Numbered from the stretch's first letter, positions 13,771-27,354 are shown. The stretch is 64,000 nt of DNA from Epiperipatus broadwayi (GCA_028023455.1 JAQFVV010000003.1:13888001-13952000); one strand, 5' to 3'. Notes: a model not told the origin generated them from the sequence alone. Numbers and translations are program-made.

Positions 13771-14123
13771 ATCTAGCTCAACAAAGCTTTAAACCACTAG
13801 GGGGAGCTTCTGTCGCTATGTTGCGAGTAAAGCTCTCGTGATTGGTTGTGGCTTCTAATTGACACGCCTATGCGTTTGCAGTCAATTTTTTATTCGAAAT
13901 AGTTTTTAAGTGATTTTAATAATCCCCGTAATGTAATCAGGGCAAATGTCTTTTCCTCCCCTCCTAAAACACAAAATACACATTCGCATATTTACTTTAT
14001 ATGTTTAACTATAATTTTTTCCAGTCACGAGAAAAATTCTCCGAATGTCTGACTGTGTCAAATCTGTTGAAACTAGCGTTCTTTATACTATAATTTTTCC
14101 AGATGTAAGGGGAAAATTTTTTT

Positions 14124-14138
14124 TGTCTGACTGCGCCA
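14124..14138 (-). other. Primer-binding site, tRNA-Ser-like
   Basis: The minus strand reads TGGCGCAGTCAGACA 4 nt after the LTR end. The first 10 nt complement a tRNA ending GACUGCG-CCA, which I recall as arthropod tRNA-Ser(AGA) type. Confidence 0.7.
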
Positions 14139-14142
14139 GATC

Positions 14143-14774
14143 TGTTGGGTTTGACTTGATTTACAGGTTCAGTTCCAAACCAACAGAAAAAGTAATGACA
14201 AACTACTCAACAATTAATATATATAAATTTATTAGTTACAAAATATACACACATTAGTTAATCAATAATATAAATATAGGTTATACAATTAATCATGAGA
14301 TAGTCATACTGAGTGATGGAACTCACTTCCAGCTATATGATTATGCAACCTCATGTGTTCAAGTAGGACTCTTGCTGTACTGGGCAGCTTGCCTCGGGTC
14401 AGCTCTAGTTCAGACTTCCAGCTGCACCCAGACTGTTTGCGAGCCGACTGCAGTCGTAGCAGTGTCCAGTCCTAGGTGGATTTGCCTCACTGCCTAGACA
14501 TATTAGTAGTGACTAGTGAAGACACCCTTGCTATAGGCAGAGGTTTCACCGGACAGCACATCATTCAGGTTGACAAAAGATAACACTCTCTGCCTTGCTC
14601 CCAAAAAGGGTGACTATTTATTGTCAGACCCCTTACTTTACTGGGAACACTCAGATTCAGAGCGCAAACCCCAATGAAGGATTCATCCTCATTGGATAGC
14701 AATCGGATGCTAGCCAATCAGGCAAGGAATCTGGAATAGTCTACTTCTGAAGGCAAGGTCAAATAGATATGACA
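14143..14774 (-). repeat. 5' LTR
   Basis: TGT...ACA termini (tgttggg...gatatgaca on the plus strand); followed by the PBS on the minus strand. Confidence 0.88.
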
Positions 14775-15439
14775 GATCTGTTTAAACTTTGAATAATTAA
14801 TTTTATGTATTATTTCTAGTTTAGCACTATGTACATTTGGATTAGAATAAAACAGACTAATTAATATTTAAAATATAAGAATTTATAGTTGTTATTAATT
14901 CTGCCTTCATGATATTTAAATATTGAATATTGTAAAACCATGTCATGATTATTTTATATTTTAAAATCTGAATGATTCTATGTTTGGTATTAATTTATAT
15001 ATTAAGAGATTATGTTAGAATACTAGCTGGCAAACGATTTTATAAACTGCAAAACAATTGTATTGGAAAAAGTAATTAGCTGATTATTTTAGCTATGACA
15101 AAGCAATAAACCTACATTGCTGGCAATGGGAATGGCTGATTAGTAAAAAAATTATTTGAATAATTAAAGCATAATAAGTATAAAGACCATTAGTTAAATT
15201 TGCTGTTTGTTTGTTTAGCGGTTTTTATGAGAAGTTTCAATTCATCCATATATTTTAATATCAATTAAATATAAATATTACAAATGTACAAGAGAGTGGC
15301 TTACTAAGTATTAAAGAAACCTTGGTCGGTTCTATTTCTATTTTAATACACACAATAAATAGTTAAGGTCTTCATGTGACAACAATGAATCCACATCAAA
15401 TAAACATGAAATTTTTTTCAGATTTTAGATCTTTTCTCT

Positions 15440-15650
15440 CAGCTAATTGACTATAGTTTAATTTAAGCAACTAACCAAAATTAATCAATAGATAGATATC
15501 TAATATTTCTTAATTAGAGAAAAAAACAAGGATAAAAAACTGAGTTTTCGCCACCTGGAAACTGACAAGCTTAATGAGTAATACTTCACAATTCCTCTAC
15601 AAAGGGTTATCAGGAAGGTTTTTACCCTGCAGAGAGCTTTTAAATTAATG
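15440..15650. repeat. Dispersed repeat, related to about 61700-61900
   Basis: Shared blocks aaaaacaaggata, acacctgg..a.tgacaag, ttcac..ttcctcta and ttttt.ccctg.ag. Confidence 0.4.
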
Positions 15651-15759
15651 GCAAATTTAGTTACATAATATTATAATTAGTTACTAATAAACCATTAGTA
15701 AATAAAATGGAAGTAACTACCTACCACTAAGTTAAAACAAGTCGATCTGTATATGCAAT

Positions 15760-16528
15760 TGAAGAATCGGATATCGCACTACAAAAAAAAATTCATTGAA
15801 ATAAGCACTAATGAAGAACTTAAAATTGAGTTCAAAAGGGGTATCAGCAGTTCCGGCTTCAAAAAAATGTAGTTGTTACTTATCCTGCATTATGGAGTAT
15901 CCTGCATTATGGAGTATTGTAAGAAAATTTTGATAGCTTTTCCATCTTCATATCTCATGGAAAGGGTTTTAACGTAGTAACTAATCTGCTGACAAAAAAA
16001 AAAGAAATTGTATGCAAATAACAGAACGAGGAGATTTAAAGCTACAACTCAGTCATTTGACTCTAAATATTAAGCAATTGTTATCAGAGCATCAAGTTCA
16101 TCCCTCCCATTAACACCATTAATTATTCTATTTTTAATTTTGAACCTTAGCTTTATTTTATGGTTTTGTTATTAAATTCTGATTTTTGTCCAAAATCCAA
16201 ATATTTACAGAATTTTGTGTTAAATTTTAAAGAGAATTTTAGTTTAGCCTTTTTATTTATTAAGGCTATTAATGTTTAATTTTGTTTTATTTCACATAAA
16301 AATAAGATTTTTAATTTGAATTGCTTCAATAAAAGTCTGAATAAAAAATTTAAGGTTGTTTTCTTTTTTTACAAAGCTCTATCAAAGTGAATAGCACTAT
16401 GTTAGCTATGAAAAACATATTTGATGATATAACGTTTAGGAAAATTTAATATTAGGCAGGCAGGGAGTCTACAACAAAAAAATTATTTGGAAAGTGGTCC
16501 ACAGGACAAAAGAGTTTGGGGATCTCTG
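15760..16528 (+). mobile_element. hAT (Buster/Charlie, ZBED5/SCAND3-like) transposon 3' remnant with right TIR
   Basis: Frameshifted translation EESDIALQKKFIEISTNEELK..YPALWSIVRKFLIAFPSSYL.ERGF..VTNLLTKK..RGDL..LSEHQVHPSH* (stop at 16111-16113). The terminus agtttggggatctctg has reverse complement CAGAGATCCCCAAACT. There is a 17-bp tandem duplication near 15880-15915. Confidence 0.85.
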
Positions 16529-17539
16529 ATCTAGGCCTTCATGTAAAAACAAGAAAAAATAACTAGAATAAAACTGAATGTGAACCAAGAGACACTAACA
16601 ATATCCCAAAAAGAAAGGCAAAACATTTAATAGAAGTGGGTGAGAAATTGATGATAAAGTGACAAATGAAGTAAATTGTCAACTGAATGAGATGAGAGAA
16701 TGTGATGAATTACAGTAAAATGCAAGAGATTCTTGGCCAACAATTCACAGATTAAAAACTAGTGGAAGCATTTAGAAGATTTTATCTAGTGGTAGGATTT
16801 TTATAATTAACTATAATAATTCATTTGCAAATTAATAATTTTTTTTCTAACCTGAAAATTTTATTTGAAGCTCATATAATAACAACAGCATGAATGCATT
16901 TTTTTGGCTTAACAGTAAAGAAGATAAGAAAACAATAAGATAAATTGTACTATAATGGTACAACTTATTATTGTTTGTCATACCCAAAAACATTTTTGAA
17001 TCATTAAATCTGTCTTTGAGCAGAGGACATATAAAATAATTCTTAAAATTATTGTTATTAAAATAATAATATTTATTAAATCAAACATATAGCAAATTAT
17101 TAGGTTATATTAATCATGACAAAGTTGTTACTGATAACAATCAAGCATTATTTTTTATTTGTAAAATCTTATAACCTAATTACATCAGCTGTCTTTGCCA
17201 TAAAATTTAAACACACATATATATGATGTTATGTAAAGGTAACGAGTTTAAAATAATCCATTAAGAACAAAAGCATTTTTACTATCTTTTCTAAAAAGAA
17301 ACCATAAGGAAAAGATTACTTACCAGTCTATTACATTGACAATTAATGAGGTTTTACCAGTTTTCTTACCTTGTTATAGCCCTAGCATAGAACAATAACA
17401 TATAATTTATAAAACAATAATTGGATGATAGCTAATCAGATTGGGAATGGTCTGCTCATGCTGAAATATGCCAATCTTGCAGAAAATCAGTCTTGGTGGA
17501 AAATGGCAAAACAATACAAAAATTACTATATCCAGATAT

Positions 17540-17935
17540 CCTTCACTTTCTATTATATATATATAGTAGTTTTTGGATTAAATCATGTATTATTTTTGCT
17601 TACTTCCCAATGTTTCAGCGAAATAGCATCTGTGATTGTCAACGTTTACTTTTCAAAGACAAACTATTAGATGTCAAAAAATAATGAGATTGAGTGTGAG
17701 ATAAAGAATGAGATTGACCATGGAGTAGTTTATATTAGAAGAAAGAGATAAAATAAGTGGTCTCCATAAGGCTGGAATATGTTGTACTTCATCAGCTCTA
17801 TTTAAGCCAATTAGTCTTTTTAATATTTTAATTGATGCCCTCATGGTTCTCAATTCATACTTTTCCAAATTAGCAATTATTTTAGCATTATCAAAATCAG
17901 GTTTGTGACCAATTTCCAAAAAATGTGAAGTAAAA
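17540..17935 (-). mobile_element. Penelope-like element 3' fragment (end of GIY-YIG region)
   Basis: GHKPDFDNAKIIANLEKYELRTMRASIKILKRLIGLNRADEVQHIPALWRPL matches the PLE endonuclease C-terminal pattern H..DF.N.KI...E....R..E.I.I....NR......W.P. Confidence 0.7.
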
Positions 17936-20900
17936 ACTGATGTATGTAACTTCTGATTAAAGGCATTTTTATATTCATTAATTCTGACATTATTTCATCT
18001 ATTAGACTGACCTACATAGCTTTTTGAGCACTGTAAATATGGAATTTCATAAACCCCTGGTATTCCAAAAGTACACTGTCTTTAGGTTTATGGAAAAAAA
18101 TAGATTTTTTTGTTAGTGGAAAAAGTAGTCTCACATTAAATAGATAATCGTCTATTGATTTTATCAGTGACTATAATATAAGGTAGAACCACTCTATATA
18201 TAAGTAGTTGAATTATCAATTTTATCCGTCTTTCTTCTTTTTAATAACAATGCCATGCAATGCCTTATATATGATGCCTTTACTGCAATCATTAGAAAGT
18301 ATAATATTTTTTGTTAGATTTATTTCTTGAGTAAGATGATCTTCAAACTGCAAACTCTCATCAATATTTTTTTTTTTTTTTACAAAAAATATAGTTTCAA
18401 TATGAATAGTTTGTTAATATTAGCTACTGTTTATTTACATATATTTTAATAACAATTACTAAATTTTACATATTTAATCGAATGATGTAAAGTTGCTAAT
18501 GATACCACAATTAACTCTGCCTTGCATGAGTGTATATAGAATATAAATTGCTTTAAGATAGTTATATATACAACTCAGTTTGCTAAACCAAAAAGGGTGT
18601 CAGACTTACAAATTCCAGTCCATCTGATAAGATTGTTTTGTGAAACATATGTACGATGGCCTTAGTTTGTTATTTTAAAGTGATGGTCAAAGATCTTAAA
18701 CTTTATATATATACAATAGAGTGCACTAAAATCTGCCTATTGTTTATATATATATATATTACACTACAAAAAAAAATTAAGTCAGATGTCACATGACCTA
18801 ACCCACAGAAAATCAACAATCTGTTGTAAAGACAATACTAAAATAATGAATTGAAATCTGAGTGTCACCTTAACAAAAGATTGATATTCTATTAGTTTGT
18901 ATTAAGCATCAGCTGAGACCATGCAATTTATATATGATAATCAATTAGGCCTGTGCATTTATGGTTTATTATATTTAAAATATTGGGTATACAGTATATA
19001 TATTGTAAAAGAAATACATGTAAATGGTGGAATATTGGGCAGCCAAAATTTTGTAACTGAAACATTCTGCTCCAAATATAGAGGGTTGATGATCTAGCTC
19101 CTTTTTATAAATATTATCAAGTTTTATTTTATCTTATAATACAAAAAATAATATAATTTAATCTATAGACCATTATAGCAATATAATGCTAACATATAAA
19201 AGAGAATTTAACATATATACATTTTATAATACCACAGTTAATTAACTTTAATCAGAAATCAAGATTTTTGGGATGTACAGAGCAAAAAAAAAAATACTTC
19301 AAATAATACAAAATAATAGGTACTGATATAGTAAATGTACTGCATTCGATTTTCCTTTTAATTTTTACTTTTAAACACTACATGGTACTGTTGAAGTAAT
19401 ATTGGAATAACTTATCAATAAATTGAATATTTTGGGGGGAAATTAGATTCTTGTAAAAGGATATCATACTAAAGCACAAATTAATTGTAAATTATATATA
19501 CATTGGTGTTTTTTTTAAATTGCAATTTTCTTATTTATCCTGTAAATTTTTTTAATTTTCTTGTCTTTCAAAAGGAACAAAATAAATAAAGGTCAACTGA
19601 AAATGTTGAATTTTATGAAATACATTAGTAAAGGAACAAATCCAATGTAAACAACATATTTTGTTTATTTTATTCTTTATCAAAAAGTTGCTTAATTAAT
19701 AGATAGTACCATAAAACAAAGAATTAGATTGGTAACCAAAAATAATAAAGAAAGGGTAAAATGACAAATTAATTTTTTTGTTGTTGTTGTTATTTTGATT
19801 ACTAGCGATTCACTGCTGTTTTATTACGGAGACAGTACATATGAAACTGATGAGACTGTAATAGTTCAGGGGAAACAACTGTTATCTTCTTCAGAATTTG
19901 GCTTCAACCCATGAACACCTGTGTGTTTACTTCAGTCACTAGATTGATAGAATGTTTTTGATGGTTACCAACAGTTTAGCTAATGTCTCATTATGGGAAA
20001 ATGTTTCATTTTTCAATGACAAGCGTAAATATTCAATAAACTAAATATTTTATTATCCTAAAAATATAAACACCATTTTTTATTTTGAGATTACTTTGTA
20101 AAACTTTTTTTAAAAATGTTTTATTTTTCAATGCTGAATTACACATAATACCTGTTCATTCTTGCAAACTATTTAAGTTTTTAGATTACTTTATAAAAAA
20201 TTATTACAAAAACACTACTGCTATTTTATAAATTGTAAAAGTACAAATCTATATTCTATTCTTGAGGTAGCTATTTTTAGATTACTTCATATAAAAATCT
20301 AGGTTCTAGTATTTAAGTCTTTAAAATATTTATCAATATCAAATGTATGCTGAATATTCAATTTATCAATGAGTTATCCCAATATGGTCAGAAGCTTCAA
20401 ACAGTGTTTAAAAGCAGAAACTAAAAGAAAAATTTAATGTAATGTGCCAACTATATTGGTACGAAATAATATTTAATTAATTGGCAACTAAAATACCAAT
20501 AATTGGTAAACAAATTGGCAATTTTCAATTTATGAAAATAGAAAAATATATATACTTTTTTGAATAACAATTGGAATTATTATCAAATCATCATTAATGC
20601 AGGACATTTACATAATCCAAAGACTAATATTAATATAATTAGCTCAACCACTGGATGACTTTTTATAATTTTTAATAATGGCAAATATTAAATAGACTAT
20701 AAGTGAAATATTCGGATATAATAGTTATTCTTATAGAGAAGCATCTACAAAAGAATTATTTGGAAAAATATAAAAAAGATTATAAAATCTTATAAAGTTT
20801 CTATGCCTCAAGAAATTTATAGCATAAGGAAAATAAATTATTTACAGAAGAATAGTTCTATACAGAATATATCTATATTATAAATATAAAATGATAAATG

Positions 20901-22229
20901 AAATGGAAATAGAACCAAATTATGAAATTTGCTAAAGTATTCTGGATGTAAATTTCTCTTATCTGGCAACTATAGGAAAAAAAAACCTCACTGTTGTTAA
21001 AAATCTAGCAAAAACAGAACATTTGAAATAAAAAATATAATATTATGAAAAAGTATTAATAATTATTTATATCTGACAATAAACTTGCTCTCATCCAATT
21101 AAATATATATTAAAAAAAAAAGAATAAAATTGCATTTATGAAATACTTATTTAACGCAAACTTTATTTAGTAATTTTAAAGTTTTTGCCAAAATATATAT
21201 GTATAATTTATATATACATATATTTATATTTCTTTAAATTAAATGTTCTACAATCTTTATGCAGATCATTTTATGTAATGCATTAGATTGTAATTGAAAG
21301 TTGGAAAAAGCTTAAGGTATTTGAATCTTTCAGCATTTTTTTTTTTTTTGTCTTTGAAAAAACTAATTTGAAAGTATTGATACTTTATCTTTCTTATTGC
21401 CTTGCCAAATCCACATTAAGAACATAAATGATATTAAAGCATTGATAATAGACTTTTTCTTATTGCATTCATTCAATCTTTCTTTTCTTTGCCAATATAT
21501 AATACGCTTTCAGAAATAGAACATAAAAATACATGATTATTCTAAGAAGTTATCTGAAAAATTTTAAAACTTACATATATATGGTTAGTGTCATTCTTTT
21601 CTAATTTTATCCAACTTAAATGTAATACTATTGGAATTTCAAAAACATCCTATATATATATATATATTGCATAAAAAGAATTGTTAGAAATAAATGTTTT
21701 TCCATAAACTCTGCCAAAATGATATAAGAGACTGGAACAAGCCCTGGGAGATTGGATGCCAAAGCAACAGGGGCATTGTGGGCCTCCTAGTACATTTATA
21801 ATATTTCTTTCTTTCCCGTTTAATTCTTTAAGTTTAGTGATTGACAATTGGTTGTAAATGCACTCTCAATATAAACAACTGATGAAATCTTTTCTTATTT
21901 AAGGATCCTAAATGGATATTTCACTGAAGCTTCTAATTTTAAAATCCAAAGATATGATTAATTCGTGTTGAGACTGTACATGATAATAGAGAAAAGGCAA
22001 ACTTCACAAACTGATCCAAGAAATTGTTTTAGTTATCATTTTAAAAGCCTATGTATGCTAATAATTGTGACAGCAAGTCTTTAAACTATAGTATCTCCAT
22101 AAATCTAATGCACAGAAGCTGATGACTTTTGTTCTCTTCTTTAAACAATAATTATTTAATATCTAATATACAGGCTATATATATATACCTGTACAAACAA
22201 TGTAATATATAGAGTATTTCGAGCTCAGA

Positions 22230-22686
22230 CTTTCACACAACCTTCAACTCTCCACACTATCTCATACCACCGATACACTTGACCACATATATGTCTAAAA
22301 GATAAATAATCACCAATATATGTATTTCATGCTAATCCAGCACTCGTCAGTTGGTCCAGATTATCATCTCTATATAATAAGTGCTCAGATTTATATTAAG
22401 ATACGACTTCATACATTGTTGAGCCGTCAGTGGGGGCTTTGAGCATTCCATCATCAGATTTTCAATAGGATGGATGGCTGAAGAGTTGGATGGTAGAGTA
22501 GATTGAAGCCTGTCCATTAAAGTATGAAGATTGGCTATCTTAATATAAATCTGAGCACTTATTGCACATATGTGTAGAGATGATAATCTGGGCCAAATGA
22601 CAAGTGCTGGTTTAGCATGAAATATGTATATTGGTGATTATTTATCCTTTAGACATATATGTGGTCAAGTTGGGGTTGTGTGAAAG
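22230..22686. repeat. Two family C copies arranged as an inverted repeat
   Basis: Arms 22230-22403 and 22536-22686 are near reverse complements. The spacer 22404-22535 is further family C sequence that matches 3340-3440. Confidence 0.9.
22312..22355 (-). ncRNA. Minimal type I hammerhead ribozyme motif (family C), core intact
   Basis: ACCAA-CUGACGA-GUGCU(GGAUU)AGCAU-GAAA-U(ACAU)AU-A/-UUGGU: perfect 5-bp stem I, 5-bp stem II with one G-U, 2-bp stem III, cleavage triplet AUA. Activity not shown. Confidence 0.75.
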
Positions 22687-23699
22687 ATAATAATTATTGT
22701 TTACACTTAATCTTTTATATAGTTAATTGCAAATAAATTAGCAGATTTTGTTTTAAAAATATAAAATTGCATAAATTGATGTAAATTTAAAAAACCTCCC
22801 TATAATGCAACTGTATATACATTATTATGTATAATCTAATTGTTAAATTTATTCACCATCATTAAATGAGACCAAATATTATTACTACCTCTCTCCCTTC
22901 TAAAGCAAAAAAAACAAAAAACGTTTATAATGTTTACTTCTTTATTTTTTTAAAAATATGTAGAATGATTATGCTACAAAGTATGTGTCCAATCTTAATC
23001 GTAAACATATTCAAGTTGTGAATGAATCAAAATTTAACCAACATTTTCCTTCATCAAAAAAGTCTGGGGATTTCGTTTGAGATAAAATTGGTCTATATTG
23101 TCAGTTCAATCTGATTACATTTCATTGTATTTGCTTTATTAGATCAGTACTTTTTTAATATAAATTATTCAATGAGTATAGATTAGTAAACAACATCTGT
23201 GCATGTACATATCAAAAAAACTTGGATCCTTACCATATTGATTTGCATGATAAAATGTATCTAAAATATACCCAATAAGCATTTTATTTTCACTTACTAA
23301 AAAAGAATTTCATGAATAAATGATTGGCCAAACTTTTATATATCACTGATAACAGTGATAATAACAAACTTCATTATATCATTCATGATTTCATCCATAA
23401 AATCTTCTCCTCCCATCATTTTGTATGTGTTTTACTTTTTTATAATATTATAGAAACCACGTTTTCTATAATAGATTTGCAATAAGTATTTTGGGAATAT
23501 TCAGATGATTGTACTTGCATTAGATGAGAATTCAAACCAAGAACAATTTGATTTTGATCCATTTTCAATTGCTTCCTATCAAATATTTTATGTTTTCAAG
23601 GATTATAACACATGTAAAAAATTTTAAAATACACACAATATATATATATATATTTGTTATCTATTTTTTATTTGAACTTTTACTTGAACAATTATACAA

Positions 23700-24500
23700 C
23701 AAATTAGAAACTTCATAATCTCAAATAGTATCAACTATACCTAAATCCTTTCTACTTATCCCTTTATATAAATTATCTTGCATTCTACCACTATCTAGCA
23801 TAAATTGACATAGTATTCCCATAAATTTTGAAACTGATTTCAGCATATAAAGCTGTTTTAAGACTTTATTCTCCAATATATAAGCCATGCAATTTATTCT
23901 CTATCTGGAATATACTAATGCTATTATTATTGCTTAATCATTTCTTATAAATCCCAGAAGTTATTCCTTTGTGCCATTTTATATAGTTTGGTATTCATTA
24001 CATAAATTTTAAATTTTTGCACAGTATTTTTTTGCTCATCAACTTTATGCTGGTTATTTTAAAATCCTCAACAGTTTCTTCACCATGTTCAACTTCTTCC
24101 ACAGTTTTTGCATCAATTGTAAATTTATCAATCACTACATCCATTTCAAATTCTCTTACTGCTTCTATATCCATATGATAGACTTCAATCTCTATTCTAT
24201 TGTTAGGTTATATAGTTTCATTATTTCTTTGAAATATTTTCTTCAGGTTTTCTCCATTTTCTTCTGGCTTTTATATTTCTTTCACCAGCCTATCTTCTAA
24301 ATTAATTCTTCCATTTTGCTCTTAAACACTTCTGTATTTTCTTTTATGCTCTTTTGGATTTTTTTCCAAGTTGTCAGTAACTTCTTTTAGTCTGTTTCCA
24401 TATTTTTTATTTATTTCTTTGTTGAGTTCTTCCTTGTAACTTTGTAATGTTTCTTTTATTTTCTGCTATACATCTTGCATCATAAGCATTAACTAAGCAA
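23700..24500 (-). mobile_element. Decayed LINE (coiled-coil ORF1-like region plus endonuclease start)
   Basis: Purine-rich minus strand encoding K/E-rich fragments, then RNNFWDL-like sequence resembling the LINE APE-domain motif KD..FW.Y. Heavily disrupted. Confidence 0.4.
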
Positions 24501-27354
24501 ACTGATACTTAAATTCATACATTTTTATTTGCATTTAATTTTGGCAATTGAAAACTAGGCTAAATATTATATTCAAAAACTTCATCAAACATTACATGAT
24601 TATTACTGAATCAACTGTTTCCTAATTTTCTTATAATTTCTATCACAAATCTCCAATATGAATCATCACCTCTAACATAAGATTTATTTTAAATGTCTTT
24701 TTTAATAGTGGGCTATTTCTTTCTCTTTGATTCCTCTCTCCGGCTATCATAATTAACTGCGATTATTTATATCTCATTATATGTGTAATTATTACTGGAC
24801 AGACATTAGGCACTAATTTTATACAATAAAAATATGAATGAATAGTGGAGTGCAATGACTAATTTATACTTTATGCTGAGAAATCAACTTTATGTAAAAA
24901 AATATTTGGCTGGCAAGTGATTCTTTATAGGATTTCAGATTGGGACGCCAATTTTATGTAACAAAAATATTTGTCTTGTATCTCCAAAAGGTTTAGAAGT
25001 GATGGTTGAGCTAATTTTTATAAATATTATCACCAACTTAGATTTATTTTCTAATAAAGAAATAATATACACTAATTTATAATTGCTACAATATAATGCT
25101 GTCTAGTAATATAATGAAAGGCAGCTAAATATTTGCACATATATCTTAGAATATCCTGATAAGCTAAATTTGTTTTAAAAATGTGAGACTACAATAAACG
25201 CAGATGCAAGCAAAATTTTGAAGAGAGAACTGAAGAAATACTCCAGATTATACAAAATAATATTTAAATAATTAAAAATAAAATAACAACAATTAGTCCA
25301 TAAGTTGGCAATTTACAATTTAACTTACGAACATATATATAAAAATGCATCCTTTTAAAATAAAAATTGGAACTATGACTAGTAGGATCAAGAATAGATT
25401 GGACAAATTGGAGATTGTTCCATTCCCCTTAACATTGATATAATTAACTTAATCATTAGATTATAATAATTTAATACTTTTAATAAAAACAAAATTAAAT
25501 GAACTGGAATTGAATAATATTTGTGTATATTTTCCCTCACAAATGACAAGCATTTATTAAAAAAAAGAAACTATTTAAGAAAACATTATAAAGACTGTAC
25601 ATTTTATTTAGTTTCTACACATTGAAAAGTTTGTAATACAGAGAAATTAAATTATTTATATAAGAATTAACAATTTAGAACTGTCTGTAACCTATGCTGC
25701 TATGCTCAAATTTTGAGATTTAAATCTGATTCAATGTCTTTTTATATTTTTTTCTTTCTTGTCTTCTATTTTTATTGATAGTTTAGTAATAGATAACTAG
25801 TTATACATATAATTATGATATTAAAATTTTTTTAACAGTAAATAGTGACAGAATCCTTTCTTGTCTAAAGATCCTTCATAAAAGATTTTGAAAGTTCCAA
25901 TTTCAAAATCCAAGTATGTGATCAATTTTTATTAAAATACTATGTAGCAATACAAAAAAAGGCAATGTTTGCAAACTGACCCAGGAGTTTGTTTTAGCCC
26001 AAGACTCATTTTAAAATATAAGTACACCAATAACTGTAGTAACAAGTTTTTAAATTGTAACATTAAACAGCAGACTGGTTCACAAGAGCCTATTTTCCAA
26101 TGACCAATTACTCAACCAACTAACCGATGCTCAAAGAACTGCCTAAAATTATCAGTGTTTTCTTGCTTATACACAATTCTAAAAATATTTATGAAAAAAC
26201 AATTTAATAAGGTTTTTTATTTATAAATATAGTTATATCAAAATTCACAAACAATGGAGATTAATTAATTTAATATAATCAGACATAATTGAATTTAGGC
26301 TTAAAACTAAATCCTGTTTACAAACAATTTTATAAATATAAGTAAGCAATGAAAAGAGAAGATATTAATTATTGTCTATATTTGATCTTGTAAATATGAC
26401 AATGATAAATAAATTCTATGCATATTAATATCAAATGAAATCAGGTAGCCTCGTTATATATATATAATAAAGATTAATTATAATTTATATTTTTACTGAA
26501 CATAAAATAAGAACTAAACCAATTGTCATCTATCCCCAGACATAAGTTTTACCATACTATAAATCAAATCAATTGCATTTTTGAATTCAATAGATTCCAC
26601 ACATAACTGTATCCTTATATACATGTTTAACCAATGAGATCTAGCTATATTCTTTTCCTGAAGATAAAGTAAATCCAAAAATAATATATGCCAAACATAT
26701 GAATATAATGTGCTAACTATAAAGAAAAATCACAATGGATATAAAAAGTAGTTTTCATTTCTGGTAAGAAAGTAATTATGTATATCTATGGTATGAAATC
26801 ATGATTAATTTTATCTTTTAATAACCTCAAACATGAAATTCCATCTCAAAATCTTACAGCTATGATCCACATGTATGCTGTTTTAAAAATAAATAGAATA
26901 AGAATAAATATATATATTTTTAAATTTAATCATTTATAAACCTTTCTTTCATCATTAAATGTGTTACTATATATCTTAACATGAATACAGCTTCAACATT
27001 TGATGATATAACTTTATATGTTAAGATACTAGAATAAGTTATAGACGACATAAATAGCAAACTACCACCAATGACAATAAAGCAGCTCAAACATTTAATC
27101 ACTACTATACACCTATTGTCTAGTTATCTTAAATAGCATACAAATAAAAAATGTAAACTACACTTATTAAAAATTAAAGTTCATCCTATTTAATTTATGT
27201 TAAAGGACCCATGAAAAAAATTTAAATAATAGTAATAAAATAAATAGTTTTTTTTTTTCCTTTAATAAAAAAAAAATTACGACTAGCATTGACATACATA
27301 TAAAAAATTAGTAATTATAGTTCAATATTAATCTGGTAGAGGGAGCTGACTTAC

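Larger units (their letters stand above)
11021..14774 (-). mobile_element. Ty3/Gypsy LTR retrotransposon (K02A2.6/Mag-like pol), internally deleted and decayed
   Basis: Two homologous LTRs, a PBS, a PPT, a gag start (ATG at 13515, MANAIGPMEAFD), RT connection (QKAVWKWDNKHDKAFKMLK), RNase H (ITFASKCLS..., YIPHADALSRLP) and integrase (YMWWP...C..C, FHLDHAG, PFHPESNGRVERLVQ), broken by frameshifts and stops. Most of gag, protease and RT is missing. Confidence 0.92.

Noticed and set aside
14139-14778. Right LTR as a simple solo LTR with a GATC TSD
   Set aside because: A PBS and gag leader follow it on the minus strand, and the GATY spacer recurs in the duplicated PBS, so it behaves as a 5' LTR.
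17590-17640. Hammerhead at the 3' end of the 17.5-17.9 kb PLE fragment
   Set aside because: Only GAAACATTGG is recognisable; CUGANGA and stem II are too decayed to call.
19845-19885. CTGATGAG...GAAAC as a hammerhead
   Set aside because: The base of stem II and stem I do not pair.
19849-19920. Alternative terminal POC1 exon on the minus strand
   Set aside because: The acceptor lacks a pyrimidine tract, and the in-phase reading (GCSWVEAKF*) has no WD40 similarity.
21650-21847. GC-richer ORF with CPCC motif
   Set aside because: No recognisable family in any frame and no splice signals; probably a TE scrap.
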